From positions 1,430,400-1,494,399 of the forward strand of contig JAKMXF010000222.1 in assembly GCA_024704765.1 (NCBI GenBank): 64,000 nt of DNA. The letters run 5' to 3'. The translations under genes and the position numbers were made by a program. This document shows, one piece after another, positions 1-12,810 of the stretch. How positions within the stretch are numbered: the first letter of the stretch is position 1; the number at the start of each line of letters is the position of its first letter. The stretch is from Oopsacas minuta (lineage: Eukaryota; Animalia; Porifera). The notes under the pieces are model-generated. The model saw only the letters and a list, made by a program, of their open reading frames with translations, ran no database searches and was not told where the DNA came from.

Positions 1-119
1 TGGGCGGGGCTGTGCTCGGAGAGATCCTTGCTTCCAGGCCTGAGAGCTGGATGACTCGCAAAGAGTACGAAGAGAAGGGAATCAAAGTACTCGAGAAATT
101 GGGAGTGTCAGTGAAATAA
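1..119 (+). CDS. ACTR2: Actin-related protein 2, C-terminal fragment (gene starts left of the window)
   Basis: The frame from position 3 reads [38 protein letters not shown] (TAA 117-119). This matches the ARP2 C-terminus LGGAVLA...WMTRQEYQEKGVRVLEKLG. Confidence 0.9.
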   Translation, partial: GGAVLGEILASRPESWMTRKEYEEKGIKVLEKLGVSVK

Positions 120-1147
120 GAGCATATTTATATAAGAGAGGTGTTTATATTATTTATTAGTACAATTGTGTGTGTGTAGTGGACAGGTGTGTAGCTAACT
201 ATGTGTGATGACATTATATTAATATTGTAGTGTATTAATTCACTCATTAGATTCATTCTAGACTCAAATTAATTATTTGTTGCGTTTCTACTTATTGTAT
301 AGTCTGTAATTTATGATTGTGTAATTAAATTAATTCGTAATGTATCCCTCTATTAGATGTTCGGTTGAATATAGAGTGGATTCTCGTTCATACGAATCAG
401 TGTTCGAGAAAATACTTGCATTTTATCAGTCCCATGCGTTTCACAGGTTAATGCGAACTATGGATAAAATAGTACTCTATAATTCGAGTGATGTTGTTTT
501 CACGAATTTTCGAACAGCGGCACACCTGTCATGTGTGATCCAACTATGTTCCAACAGTTTGGTCAGATTTACCAGTATTATATTTAAATTTGGTATCATT
601 GTGTAGCTCTTCGTGGCTCCTAGCACTTTTTACGAATACGTAGTTTGACGAATTTCCCATTCATACCGAGCTTTGTGTTGAATTCAATAGCACGACATGA
701 TAGACAGCAGGTTTAACAATTATTGTGAAGGCAGTTATATTATCCTTCAGACGTCCATTTAGCAGAAGTGAGTCATGTTATTACGGAATGACAATAAACA
801 GCGTTAATTCCGTGTAGGTACTTTACTAAGCACTCGAAGCGGTATGTCTATAGTTTTGTATTGACCCTTGATTCAACTAGAGTTCCTCCTTCGGAGTGGT
901 TTTATTCCAAATTTTATCAAAATTATGGTTACACCTCAATAGAGGTAGACTAACCTACAGCATAACTCGGTTAGTATGTACTCGGCCTAAGACGTACTTT
1001 CGGTTAATACTTACTTTTCTCCAAAACTGATCATCAATCCTTGTACTAATCGCATAAGGAGAATATTCGGATAAGACGTACTTCTGTAGGTATGATGTAG
1101 AACTGAGTACAATACATACTAAATAGTGAATAATTGAGAATAAATAA

Positions 1148-2011
1148 TCAAAAGAATAATTCAGACTTTGTATTATGTCTATAGTACTTGTCATACACGC
1201 TGGATATTGTCCAGCTGTAATTGGGATTAGCTTTTGAACGAGACGTAGGAGCCTGGTTAGATTCCCGTCCTTTATTCTTTGGGGAGTAGGAGTTGTACCT
1301 AGAGAATGTGTTGCGGTTAAGTTGTAGAGGTGCTTGGTACTTAGGAAGATACTCCTCCTGTTTAGATATCCTAGTAAGAGAGGTTGTGATATCATTCGTA
1401 TATACATCACACGGTTTCAGAGAGTGAGATATTTTCGTAACAGTATCCTTGTGAAAAAATGAAGAGAAGACAACAAAGTTGTTATTCTGCTTTATCGGTT
1501 TATTGAGGTTATAATGTTTCTGTAAGAATCCTAACAGCTTTAGAGAGGGTCTATCATATGCCAGTCTACTTGGAGATGTCCCCTCATCTTGTAACATTGC
1601 CTCAAACAGCTTCTTTCCACATCCAGATCTCTGCTTAGATTCGTGTACGTAGAAGTCCAATACACAGCGAGATTCTGATTCATGCATCTTTCCCATTATG
1701 TCAGTTAGAAATAATCGTTTTATTCCAGTTTTTAATATTCCTAGAACTTTAGACTTAGTGCCTCTATCTACGCTAATCTCCTTAAGGATGTACAGTGTAT
1801 GTTTTGAGTGAACTAACTTGCTTAGTGTTGTTATCGGGATATACAGACCCTGAGCACGTGCTGAGGCTGATCCCATCTCGTCAACGATTATAGAGAGTTT
1901 GTTTTGAAGCTCATGGTTACGGAATTTATCCTTTATCTTTGTGACTTCTCCATTTTTGTAGATAGTAATTTCGTCCTTGAGAACTGAATCGATATTAAAC
2001 TGGAATTCCAT
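1148..2011 (-). CDS. ATAT1: Alpha-tubulin N-acetyltransferase 1 (MEC-17), intronless
   Basis: 287-aa ORF starting MEFQFNI, with motifs IVDEMGSASARAQGL, GILKTGIKRLF, CVLDFYVHESKQRSGCGKKLF (acetyl-CoA loop), LAYDRPS and QNNNFVVF. Confidence 0.95.
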   Translation of the reverse strand: MEFQFNIDSVLKDEITIYKNGEVTKIKDKFRNHELQNKLSIIVDEMGSASARAQGLYIPITTLSKLVHSKHTLYILKEISVDRGTKSKVLGILKTGIKRLFLTDIMGKMHESESRCVLDFYVHESKQRSGCGKKLFEAMLQDEGTSPSRLAYDRPSLKLLGFLQKHYNLNKPIKQNNNFVVFSSFFHKDTVTKISHSLKPCDVYTNDITTSLTRISKQEEYLPKYQAPLQLNRNTFSRYNSYSPKNKGRESNQAPTSRSKANPNYSWTISSVYDKYYRHNTKSELFF

Positions 2012-2400
2012 CCTGAATTAATTCTACCAATACTCTTAGCTAGTAGTTTAGGATTTAGATTTTAATCGTATCAATTACTTCAACAAATTATTCAATATAT
2101 TTTATTTTTGGTGGAAAACCGACATTACGATACATGACAAGTACGTAACTTCTATATAGGGAAACGGTGCCAATTATCAACAAAACTATACTGAATTGAT
2201 GCAGCACCTTACTCAATAATCCTATTCTTGATTTGTAGTTTTTGTCTTTGCATATTCACTGCAATAAATTTGTCAAGCTTTCAAGTTTGAGTAACTTGGC
2301 AAATGTGCCATGCCGAGTGTTATCAAAAGATCTAGCGAACCCCTCAATTATTCGTTCCTTAGCTACGTAGTTACATATCTCTATATACCACATAGTAGTA

Positions 2401-2653
2401 CAGTCACCGGTAACTCGAACACTGTATAGCATATTAATTAGGAATATAATTTGTGAATATTTTTGATATTTTTAATGTGTTTTTATTGCATTTTGTTAAA
2501 AATCACAAAAATGAATAAGAAAATTTTCAGCTCTTAATCATTTGAAAAAGTGTAGCAGGGGAAATTGGGACCTTAAATGGAGGTCACCCCCATTAACTCT
2601 AACATTCGCTATCTCGAAAAGATTTTGAGGTTCGAGTTGCCGGATGTTGACTG
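2401..2653. mobile_element. Tc1/pogo-type MITE
   Basis: TA|CAGTCACCGGTAACTCGAAC ... GTTCGAGTTGCCGGATGTTGACTG|TA: imperfect TIRs with TA flanks on both sides. Confidence 0.6.
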
Positions 2654-3530
2654 TACTTGGTAATAATTAAGGTTACGCTTAACATGATGTTAACCATGCA
2701 ATCGCAAGGTTTGCCAGTGATGTATGTGGATCAAAAATGTAAAATTCTCAATATCGTACATTCGCGTTCTGATACTACGGTATGGTCATGGCTTACTTAA
2801 TGCACGGCTGTGGATGTCACCGAATAAGCTAAAAACATGGAAGGCCGATTTGTTTGTAAAATTTAAAACAAACTAACGATCTAGGCAATTACTAATTATA
2901 CTTTATAGGGTTTTCGGGGTGTGAAGAATTCATTGAGGCTGCTTAGCAAGCTCTCACGATTATCCTTCATATGATTTAGGCTCTATCTAATGATGGCGCA
3001 GCATTCCAAAAATATCTTTATTTGTAATTTTGTAAGGTATTTTCATTTTAAAAAAATATTTTATTTATATTTATTTAGTAATGCATGAGTTCGTTTATAA
3101 TCTTACCAATCAAAACAGATTAGTTGAAAATAACTTAATGAAAGAAAGAATGTAGTTTCAATCAATTCCTCATTTGGAAAACCCCTAGAAAGTATAATTA
3201 GCAATTGCTAAGAGGCGTTAGTTTGTCTTAAAATTAAAAAACTAAATCGGCATATAGGCCTTCTATTTTTTAGTGAATTCGGTGACATCTAAGGCCAAGC
3301 ATTAAGTAGGCCGTTGGTGAACATTTATTCCCCAGTGAATTATGTTCGCGGAACATTATTCACTGTGACACCGGATATTATAATTGTATTAGAGATGTTT
3401 TCGATTTCTTGACATTTTTTGATTTTTCAACAGATATTTACTTTCGGGTATTTCCCCATATATAGTATGGATATCATAAATTTCATCGACATCGATATTT
3501 TAAAAATTGTATTTCCAATCTTCACAAATA

Positions 3531-4084
3531 TTTGTATTATTAAATCTCAATTGTTGTCTGTTTGTTTGTTTGTTGTCAAGGAAAGGATTTATGGTATGCA
3601 ATTTTGAAATTGTCGCATAACTATGTATTTATCGTGTTTATCAAGGAAGTAAATAGAATTCAATAAAACTTCACTAAATATATCGAACATGCCGAATCCA
3701 ATTTTCACACTTTTGGATTAATCATATGTAAATTTATTGTTGTTTATATGAATATAAAGTAAACAAATTAGCCAAATCTAAAATATAGGCACAGGCTTGC
3801 TCTAAACGGCTACCCACGGGTAAGTAAGTACGCTGAACCAGAATTTCGCATTTTTCAAGTTTCTTATGTGTAAATTTATTGTTGTTTTTATGAATATAAA
3901 GTAAACAAATTTCAATATTGAGGTAGAATCATACTTTCAACGACTACACTGGTATACTCGAGTATTCTGAGTCTGAATATTGTAGACAACATTAATATTA
4001 TTAAATCTCAATTGTTGTTTGTCCGTTGAATACCTCGAGGCGCAATGCGCTGAGTTCATCGCGAAGCGACGAGCCAAAGGCTCG
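3531..4084 (+). mobile_element. Non-autonomous Helitron-like repeat, copy A
   Basis: Highly similar to 11245-11723 and to the reverse complement of 45951-46500. It has a degenerate A|TCTATATTATTAAATCTC start, a (GTTT)n microsatellite, no TIRs, and a terminal hairpin CGAGCC-AAA-GGCTCG followed by TA. Confidence 0.65.
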
Positions 4085-4653
4085 TAACTAAATATTGTAA
4101 ATATAATTCGAAAGCTAATGAAAAGTTACAAAATATGTCATTTGTAATTATGTCGGAAATACCATATTACGAATAATTTCGTTAAACAAGGTCACAATGC
4201 TGTAACAATTTGAAGTACCTCTCTACTACCCTTATGAAATGAAAGAGAAGAAAGACAATCGAAGTTGTGTGAGTGTATAAAATTACTTTTTTGAATTTTT
4301 CTATTGCATCAACTTCAATAGCAATAAAATTGTTTAATACAACTGGCTTACAACACATCTTTGTTACATTCTTCTCCTTCTAGTAGAAACTTGAGCATAA
4401 TTATTAAAAGTTTAATAAACACACAATGTTAATAATTTTCCCTTACTGTCAATAGTATATTATTAGTACGTTACAAATAATCCTCGATAGGGATAGGCCA
4501 ACACTAGAATGGTTATTCACGGCCAGTATAAATACTCGAGCATTATCTAACAATATATTATTATAACATAAAGTTTCAGAAAATGAATAATCATTAAAGA
4601 AACAATTTAATTAAACACACACATTGAAATCGCATTGTATGATTATTTTGATC

Positions 4654-6942
4654 TCATGAGAATACTTGACTGGGAGTTTCTGTAGCATTCTGAATTGAGT
4701 CTGTTTGTACATCTTCAACTAGCTCTACTTCCTTCTTTCCATCGATTGGATCAAGCGACATTTTAAATGTGTCTTCACTGTCCGTATCATCCAGCTCAAT
4801 CTTATCAGGATTAATCACAGGATTAATCAGAGGATAGTCTGCTCCCGGTACGAATTCTATTGTATTCTCTTCTCTTGGTTCGTTAGTCTTACCTAAGATA
4901 TTTATAAGTAGACTGAGGTCTTCAGAGCTTAGAGAAAAAGTATCGATCTTTCTTGTCGGTGTCTCACCTCCTTTTAGCAGAAAGTCTGGCGAGATCACTC
5001 CTTCCTTTCCGAGGGGTTTTTCAGTGACGGGAGTAGGTGTGGTGTCAAAGACAGGACCTGCATAGTCCTTGGCACATTCTTTATGTACCACAACTTTGTT
5101 GCCTAACCTCACAGCATCTTTACAACACCATTCATCATTATCCTGGTCAAAGTACATTTCTAGCAAATCCCTACATATGCGGCATCTCTGTACGAGTTCA
5201 CTGTCTCTTAACACAACATTAGCAATCTCCTCTTCTTCTTTGTGGTCCTTGATCCATTTCTCTCTCTTCTCAAGTTCAAAGAAGTCGCTCAGCTGTTCTT
5301 TCTGGTCCGGCACATACTTGATCCAGTCTGCGTCAGGAAAGTACCAATACGTGGACTTAGGTTTATGACGGTTGACGTAGAAGTGCCAATCCAAATGCGT
5401 CTTGTAAGGGGTAGAGTTCTTGTCGAATCGGATTCCACAGGTACCGCATTGCTCACCTTTATGGATATGCTGCACAACTACATTAATACGTCCTACCAAA
5501 CTTTCCATTTTCATTTCTAGTTTTGGGATTTCTGGCTCAACAACTTTGTACGGCTGTCCTTCTAGTATAGAATTTGGTTCTGTGTCCAATTCTTCTGAGA
5601 TAATAGGCTGTTGTTGAGGAGGATGGAAGGACAGCGGGGGTGGCATACGGGGCTGTTCTGGTCTGTGAGGCATAGGTTCAGGCATTCGAGGTCTATGTAT
5701 GGGTCTCTGTTGATAAGGAGGTCTGCGTATTAAATCTCCACGTGGGGATCTCTTAGATTTCCTCGGTCCTATTGGCAGCCTGCTGGGAACTGAACGTCCT
5801 CTAGGGTGTGGGGGCCCTCTAGGTGGGTGAGGCTCTCTGGGTGGATTAGGACATCTATTTTGGCCCATCATAGGTGGGGGTAACCTGGGCATTGGTCTGA
5901 AAATAGGTCCAGGGCCAGGTTGCATCTGTGGATACATTGGAGGAGGGATTTGTAAAGGAGGTCTCATGTTGGGGATCTCTTGGATAGGGGGTCGAATGGG
6001 GGGAGGGAGTTCAGGTCCTGGTAGTTGGACACTCTGTATGATATCTCGTAGGAAAGTACTATCTATCCCTGGTAGGTTCAAATCAATCTTATTTCTTTTT
6101 GGTTCAGTCGCCAGAGTAGAAGAGGTTAGTGTTGGCTCTTCATGGGGCCTAGGTGATGTAGTCTTATGATTAATCACATTACTTGTGTCCATTGGTTCGA
6201 AATGCTGTACTTCAGAGGCAGCGTTGATATCTCCTTTCTCTTTCTTATATTCACGTAATATTTGCAATATTTGTTTCTTCTTCTCTGGGATTGTACTAGA
6301 ATGGTCTAGATTACCTAGTATGTCCTGATGAGGTTCATGTAGTTCCTCAGGGACAACATGACTGATAGGATTACTCAATGAACTGGTAGCCAGGTCTGGA
6401 AGTGAGGGCGGTGGGATTTGAGTTATGATAATGTTTTCTGGTTCTTTCTTAATCAGAGGATTGTTCCCATTTGTAAAAGTAGGATTAAAATACACGTACT
6501 TAGTCTCAGGTACAGATTGTATAGGCCAATTAGTATCCCTCTCTTTAACAAGTCTATCCAACTTAGCAAGTTCTCCCTCATTGATTACTTTTCTCCAAGT
6601 GTTCCTGAGTTTGTATAGAGAAGTCTTGATATCTCCAGTGCCTGATTCAAACACAAGAAGAAACATTTCTACTATATGATCCTCGAATAATCTCTTGTAT
6701 ATACCACCTACATTCTTTATAATAGAGTCTATGAGGTATAATGTAGGTAGCTTCTGTCCTGGTATAGCTTCTTTTATGTGTTTGTATACAACATCAACAA
6801 TAATGCGTGCATATTTGCTGTTCTTCTCAGAAATTTGTGAAAGTTGATTAATCTTTTCCTTAGAATTGAAGGTTAATTCCCTCAAGAGGTTGTAATACGT
6901 AAGTCTAGCTTCCTCCTCGTTCTTGAGAATAGGATCTGTCAT
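4654..6942 (-). CDS. PCF11: Pre-mRNA cleavage complex II protein Pcf11, intronless
   Basis: N-terminal CID (LRELTFNSKEKINQL, KLPTLYLIDSIIKNVG), a Pro-rich middle, zinc-finger motifs CGTCGIRF...HLDWH and CRIC...HKEC, and a Clp1-binding-like WYFPDADWI segment. Confidence 0.95.
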   Translation of the reverse strand: MTDPILKNEEEARLTYYNLLRELTFNSKEKINQLSQISEKNSKYARIIVDVVYKHIKEAIPGQKLPTLYLIDSIIKNVGGIYKRLFEDHIVEMFLLVFESGTGDIKTSLYKLRNTWRKVINEGELAKLDRLVKERDTNWPIQSVPETKYVYFNPTFTNGNNPLIKKEPENIIITQIPPPSLPDLATSSLSNPISHVVPEELHEPHQDILGNLDHSSTIPEKKKQILQILREYKKEKGDINAASEVQHFEPMDTSNVINHKTTSPRPHEEPTLTSSTLATEPKRNKIDLNLPGIDSTFLRDIIQSVQLPGPELPPPIRPPIQEIPNMRPPLQIPPPMYPQMQPGPGPIFRPMPRLPPPMMGQNRCPNPPREPHPPRGPPHPRGRSVPSRLPIGPRKSKRSPRGDLIRRPPYQQRPIHRPRMPEPMPHRPEQPRMPPPLSFHPPQQQPIISEELDTEPNSILEGQPYKVVEPEIPKLEMKMESLVGRINVVVQHIHKGEQCGTCGIRFDKNSTPYKTHLDWHFYVNRHKPKSTYWYFPDADWIKYVPDQKEQLSDFFELEKREKWIKDHKEEEEIANVVLRDSELVQRCRICRDLLEMYFDQDNDEWCCKDAVRLGNKVVVHKECAKDYAGPVFDTTPTPVTEKPLGKEGVISPDFLLKGGETPTRKIDTFSLSSEDLSLLINILGKTNEPREENTIEFVPGADYPLINPVINPDKIELDDTDSEDTFKMSLDPIDGKKEVELVEDVQTDSIQNATETPSQVFS

Positions 6943-8009
6943 TATATCAATTAGTATAGTAGTCTCTTCTAAAGCTTGCTATTTTTGGTAGTTTTACGAA
7001 TATTCAGCTGCGTTTTTACGCCACAAATATAAAGCAAAATATAGATATAGTTACTGTACAATAAATTCATAGATTATTACAATAAATAGTTAAATTCTAA
7101 TTAATTAAATACTATACAGAGGGGATTGGGAGTGTGCTTCCTAATGAGATTGCAAATGTTGATTTCATAATTTCTGCTGCGTCATCATCACTTGACCATT
7201 ATGACATCATGATATTTTCCTCTATAGACTCGTCCGATATTATAATAAAACATTTATCAAGTCTTTCTCAATCGGGAGTTACTCAGCTGACTATTGAAAA
7301 TGAATAGCGGATGTTTCGTCCCCACTTAAATTAAGTGTCAAAAGAAATTTCGGTAATACAGAGTAGAAGCCGTATTTTCAAACAGTATACAAGCCAACGA
7401 ACTGAATCACCAATCCAAAGAAATAACCACTGCAACAACTCAACTTGTGCGTTAAAATAGCCAGGAACACTCAGTATTGAATAATATAAAGGAGTTCGCA
7501 TGCATGTAGGCTGTTTGCAAATATATAACTTCAAGAAAAAGAGACTGTATCTTTTGATCAGAAAAACCTGTGATAATAAATACTGGCTAGTTTTCAGCTA
7601 ATTCATGAAAACTATACACCAACAACGATAAAACGCGTTCAGAGACGCTGTGGCAACTGGTAGGGTGTATAATTCCCAGAGCTGATTTCTGATCAAGTTC
7701 TACACCGATTATCTGATCACATCCTACATACTACGTTTAAGGTTTAAGCAACTGTGTGTAACCAATGGATTCCAAGCGACGAATCATCCGGTGACGAAAC
7801 ATCCGTTTAGCCTATTGAATTAGGTGATGATGACGCAGTATAATGTTAAACCGAAATTTGTAACGTCAAATGTCAATTAATTTGGCTAGTATAAATTTCC
7901 TACATGATATAAACGATGGGACAGAAGATTGTATGTACGTATATTATAGGGCAGTAATATATTAGTATTTTTGCAGTATAGTCAGGAAATGACACTCAAA
8001 TTATAATTA

Positions 8010-8191
8010 CAGTACAACCTCGTTAATACCTACACGAGCGAACCTTCGAAATTTGTACTTCTTATCTGGAGTTCGTATTAACGGGGGCAATATCATTTGA
8101 AAAGCAATTGTAAGGACCTGATTTTATGTAAATATATGTTCGTCTTATCCAGAAATTCGTTAACCGTGTTTATATTAACGAGGTTTTACTG
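8010..8191. mobile_element. pogo/Tc1-type MITE
   Basis: TIRs CAGTACAACCTCGTTAATA / TATTAACGAGGTTTTACTG (18/19 match), with TA on the left flank. Confidence 0.7.
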
Positions 8192-11100
8192 AATGTACGA
8201 GGCGGGATATTTGGCAAATATGAAATGTTATTATGTTTTAGTAGTCATCACTTTACAGTTTACAACTCTGCTATGAATACAAATTTTCTACGTTGAATAG
8301 TTCTCTAAACCGGACAAGAAAAACAGAATGCTGCATAATAATCATAACAGAAATTTTTAGGGCCGTTGGGCTCGGTAAAACCTTATCCTCATTATTAATA
8401 CGTGTACCAAAAGTGCACACATTTCAATGGTGATCAAGATTAATGGCTCAGAACAGTAAATAACACCGATTGGACATCAGATCTCATTTGAGATACAATA
8501 GAATACCATACTATGTATATTTCTAGTTTTGCTACTAAACTGATAATATAAATTAGGAAGCACACTAAAAATAACAAAGAAAACGTATATCGTTTTCATA
8601 TACCATATCGCCTGTTCAGAAGAGTACATTTAGTAATCTTTAATTCAGCTCCTTGGTACCTACCTGATCAGTGTATGTCTTGTAGCTAGCTTTGCAAGTT
8701 ACTCACCAAATATATCAATAAAGTACATTACCAAAATTAGAAGTGTACTTGTACAAAATGATCGATCTTCCATTTGAAAGCGATTGTTGTCAGGTTATTT
8801 GCCCGATTTGAATACTTTATTTATGTAACGAAATTAAACCCTGAAATCACATATTAGGAGTAATTTCACACAATCGCAATGCCCGTAATTTTAAAAAGTG
8901 GAACCCCAAAAAGTGTCAATTTCATGTAAATTGGACCGCCATCTAAATAAATAAACAGGATTCCATATATGGTATTATTAGACACGTAGACTTGCGAATA
9001 CGTATATGCGTATGAAATCTCCATTTTGCATTTGATACAGTGGATACCTGGAGCAACAAAATTTGTTCAGAATACACTTATCCCGGTATATAATACATAT
9101 AAAGGAGTATATGAGAACCGTTTTTAGAAGATAGTTCTTAATTCCAGCTATATATGTCCCCGAGAATGGCAGAAAGAAGCAGATTAGTATATTATTCTCA
9201 ATTTAGAAAAATAAGGCTCTTGTTAATTGCAAATTGGAATTTCTTGGGTTTTAAAGACTTGAACTTGCGATCACTAAAAAGTTCAATAGGACTTCATTCA
9301 TTTCATTTACATATGTACAATTAAAAATTATGACATCAATCGCTGATGAAAATTGAATTTTTGAATTTGTCGCATTTTGTTGTAATAATATCTATTCATC
9401 TATCCTGATTAAATATGTATTATACGTAGTATATACTCATATCTTAAGTAGGCTATGCTATGGGGCGTTCTTATAACCAGCATCCACTCACAACTGCATA
9501 TATTTTTACATTTTTTCATCATTAGAGGTACGAATAGCCAATGCACCAAAGTTTAGGTCCTAAACAACAACCATAAAGCGGTTCTTTTGCGGGTACCACG
9601 AAAGGCAGCATGTAATAAGTTGTGAAAATTGTTCTAATTTATTTTCAGAAGGAGATTCATACAACTTTAGTACTAGTTTTTTCGGCGATGTGAAAATATT
9701 CCAAATTACAAAATCCACATTTTCGTATACTGAGGGTGTATACTGTTGAAATCCTTGTTTCGAAGTTATTTTAATTATCGAATATTTTAGTCCTCGAAAA
9801 ACCGTATGAATAGTAAAGTAATAAGCTTTTGACTGTAAATAACTTCGAATATTTGGTCTATTGCATATTTTCATCTTCATTCCTTATGTAAAGAAATGGA
9901 CAAAATTCGATTTCTACTGTACTTAGTTGTCTGTTTAGTAAATATTTGATTACCTAAAAGGTCGACGATGATACCAAAAATCCCCTCTGACGGTTTCCAG
10001 GTTCAACAATTAATTCTACTAACTAATATATATTTATATATAACTACATATATAAATACAGATGAATCGTGTTTTAATAACATAGATTAATGAACCGGTT
10101 TAGTAACTTTATTAGCTCCTGAAAAATTTAAAACGTAATTCGTGTCTTAAACTGACTCGTGGACTGCAACTGTATTCCTGGTGGGAGAGAAAGCAATTAA
10201 TGTTAAATGTACTAATTAGTAATATCTACATAATATTATTGTAATGAAGGATATTAAATAATATTATAAAACCAAATACCTCAAATAGCAGAATTATCAT
10301 TTCTTCACGTAATTAGTTCGTCTTATCAGCATCACATCTTGAAAAGAAATTCTCTTTAGCTTTCAATTATGTATTTTCTGCTATATTTCTATATATTTAC
10401 TTCTAATTATAACTTCCTCTCTTCGCCGTGATTTTCACAAATTTACACCAAAGTATAATGCATTACATGAATTTACACACAAAATATATACACAGACATA
10501 ACGAATAAGTAATAATCATATACCATTACACATTACTATATAATTTGTATTATCATACCCTATCCATTCTCAGTCCAGGTTTACTCAGTTCATATTTGAG
10601 TATTGTTGTTGTGTCCTCAGTTTAAAATTCGTACCAAACAAAACATATGAATTTTCCTCCAAGACCCGCTACTTAATCATTTCAAAGAATTTTCAATTAT
10701 CAATTTATCATAAATCTTTAATTTTTGGTATCTAGCGTACCACAGGTTCAATTATTATGCAATTATTATCCGTAATTACCCCAACTACAAGTAGTCATAA
10801 TCTCCCTTATACAGGGAATACATTATCGTCAATATTTAATTCAAAGGAAATAAAGTATAATAATATCATACAGCTGACTAGTAAAGTTCATTGTATACAT
10901 CAATGCTATTTGTGGGAAACCTACTTGCTGTAGGACTCTCATACAAATCTTCCCCTTAGCCCAGCTCTGTAATACATTTATTGGTCGTTTTGATTTTAAT
11001 TCTCCCTCAATTTACCACAGATAAGCTCTGAATATTTCTTGACATCTTTGCTGCGCTTCTAATTGACAGGTGGCGTGTCAAAGAGAGGGAGAGTATATGA

Positions 11101-11244
11101 GTAACGTTACTAAGAGAACAGTATCGGAAGTTTGAAGTCGTCAGGTTGTCGTCTAAATTAAAAATATAATAATTATACATACATAGTCGTTACAACAAAC
11201 AATGATAAATTTCCATTTTAGACATAAGGCTATTTTGAAAATAA

Positions 11245-11723
11245 TCTATATTATTAAATCTCAATTGTTGTCTGTTTGTTTGTCCGTTGTCAAGGAAAGG
11301 ATTTATGGTATGCAATTTTGAAATTGTCGCATAACTATGTATTTATCGTGTTTATCAAGGAAGTAAATAGAATTCAATAAAACTTCACTAAATATATCGA
11401 ACATGCGGAATCCGATTTTCACACTTTTGGATTAATCATATGTAAATTTATTGTTGATTTTATGTATATAAAGTAAACAAATTAGCCAAATCTCAATATA
11501 TACGTACAGGCTTGCTCTAAACGGCTACCCAGAGGTACATAAAGTAAATTTCAAAATTGAGGAAGAATCATACTTTCAACGACGATACGGGGGTAATCGA
11601 GTCTGCTGAGTCTGAATATCGTAAACAACATCAATATCGTTCAATCTCGATTGTTGTTTGTCCGTTGAATACCTCGAGGCGCAATGCGCCGAGTTCATCG
11701 CGAAGCCACGAGCCAAAGGCTCG
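11245..11723 (+). mobile_element. Non-autonomous Helitron-like repeat, copy B
   Basis: Starts A|TCTATATTATTAAATCTCAATTGTTGTCTGTTTGTTTGTCC and ends ...GAGCCAAAGGCTCG|TA. It lacks one of the internal direct-repeat units present in copies A and C. Confidence 0.7.
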
Positions 11724-12810
11724 TATTTAATTATATATCACTGATTGATTTAATTTAATATACTTATCTGAATGTAAAGACAATTTGATATGTTTCAGCT
11801 AATTTACTAAATTGAATTAGGAGAGAGGGTAACCCATGGTTTGCCATAAACTATTTCAAATCAGGGACTAGAGCTATAGAGATCAGCAAGTATGCTTCAG
11901 ATCAACGAAATTCCGTCGAGAAATTTTGGTAAAAACAGAAAATTGATTGAAAGTAGGAGCTTAAGTTCTGGAAAACTGGAGGAATGGATATTGGTCGATC
12001 AGATATAAAATTCATTGTCCTTTGATTCTACAGATTTTATAGATTTGTATTCTGTTTTGAATCTCCGCGCCCTCAAAACAGAGGCGCTGAGATTCAAAAT
12101 AGTAGGAATTCATTCTTATATGAAGACAATTTAATTTTGTTTCTAAGTTCAGAGTATGAATATTTCACAACTGAAAATTCTTCGTAGTTCATGCTAAGTT
12201 AAAATAATATATTAATTATTATGAAGAATTACAGTAACGAAATTCTGTCCCCAGCCTCCTGCATGCTCAATTAGATTTTTGTGAAGCTGAAACACTTTTA
12301 AGCTTTGCGTATTAAGACCAGAATGCAGGAATATGTTGTGGTTTCCTACACTCTGATCCCCTCAAATCGGTAATGCCTGGATAATTCCTGAGATAAATAT
12401 ACAGATATACAAAATGAATCAATTTAATTTAATAATTAAATAACCACGTACGAAAATCATAATATACCAAAAAGAATAGAAGTACAAAATATTAATAACA
12501 TTGAATTGAATATAACTTACTTTATATTGTGCCGTGAAGCCAGAGCCTATTGCTCTACTGAATGAGATGAAGTGTACAGATTTACTGGGTTTGTTGGTAT
12601 TCTTCCTTTTCAGCAGAATACTTATATAGAACACGTTTGTATCTAGCCACTAGCACCTACACAATGAATTATATATTACGTTAGAATATCTATTTATAGA
12701 ACGGGAAATACTTAGGGATTACTTTTATTAATAACTATGATGAAATATTATTATTAGTCTTAAAATTACCTCTTACAACATTTTGCATAATAATTTGATA
12801 ATTCAATAAA

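Noticed and set aside
955-1410. 151-aa minus-strand ORF overlapping ATAT1
   Set aside because: It is an alternative frame over the ATAT1 3' end and UTR, with no recognisable motif.
5037-6679. Several plus-strand ORFs inside PCF11 (and similar antisense ORFs in SLC13, ARMC3, SIK, Rab11 and SLCO)
   Set aside because: These are shadow ORFs antisense to well-supported genes, with no independent homology signal.
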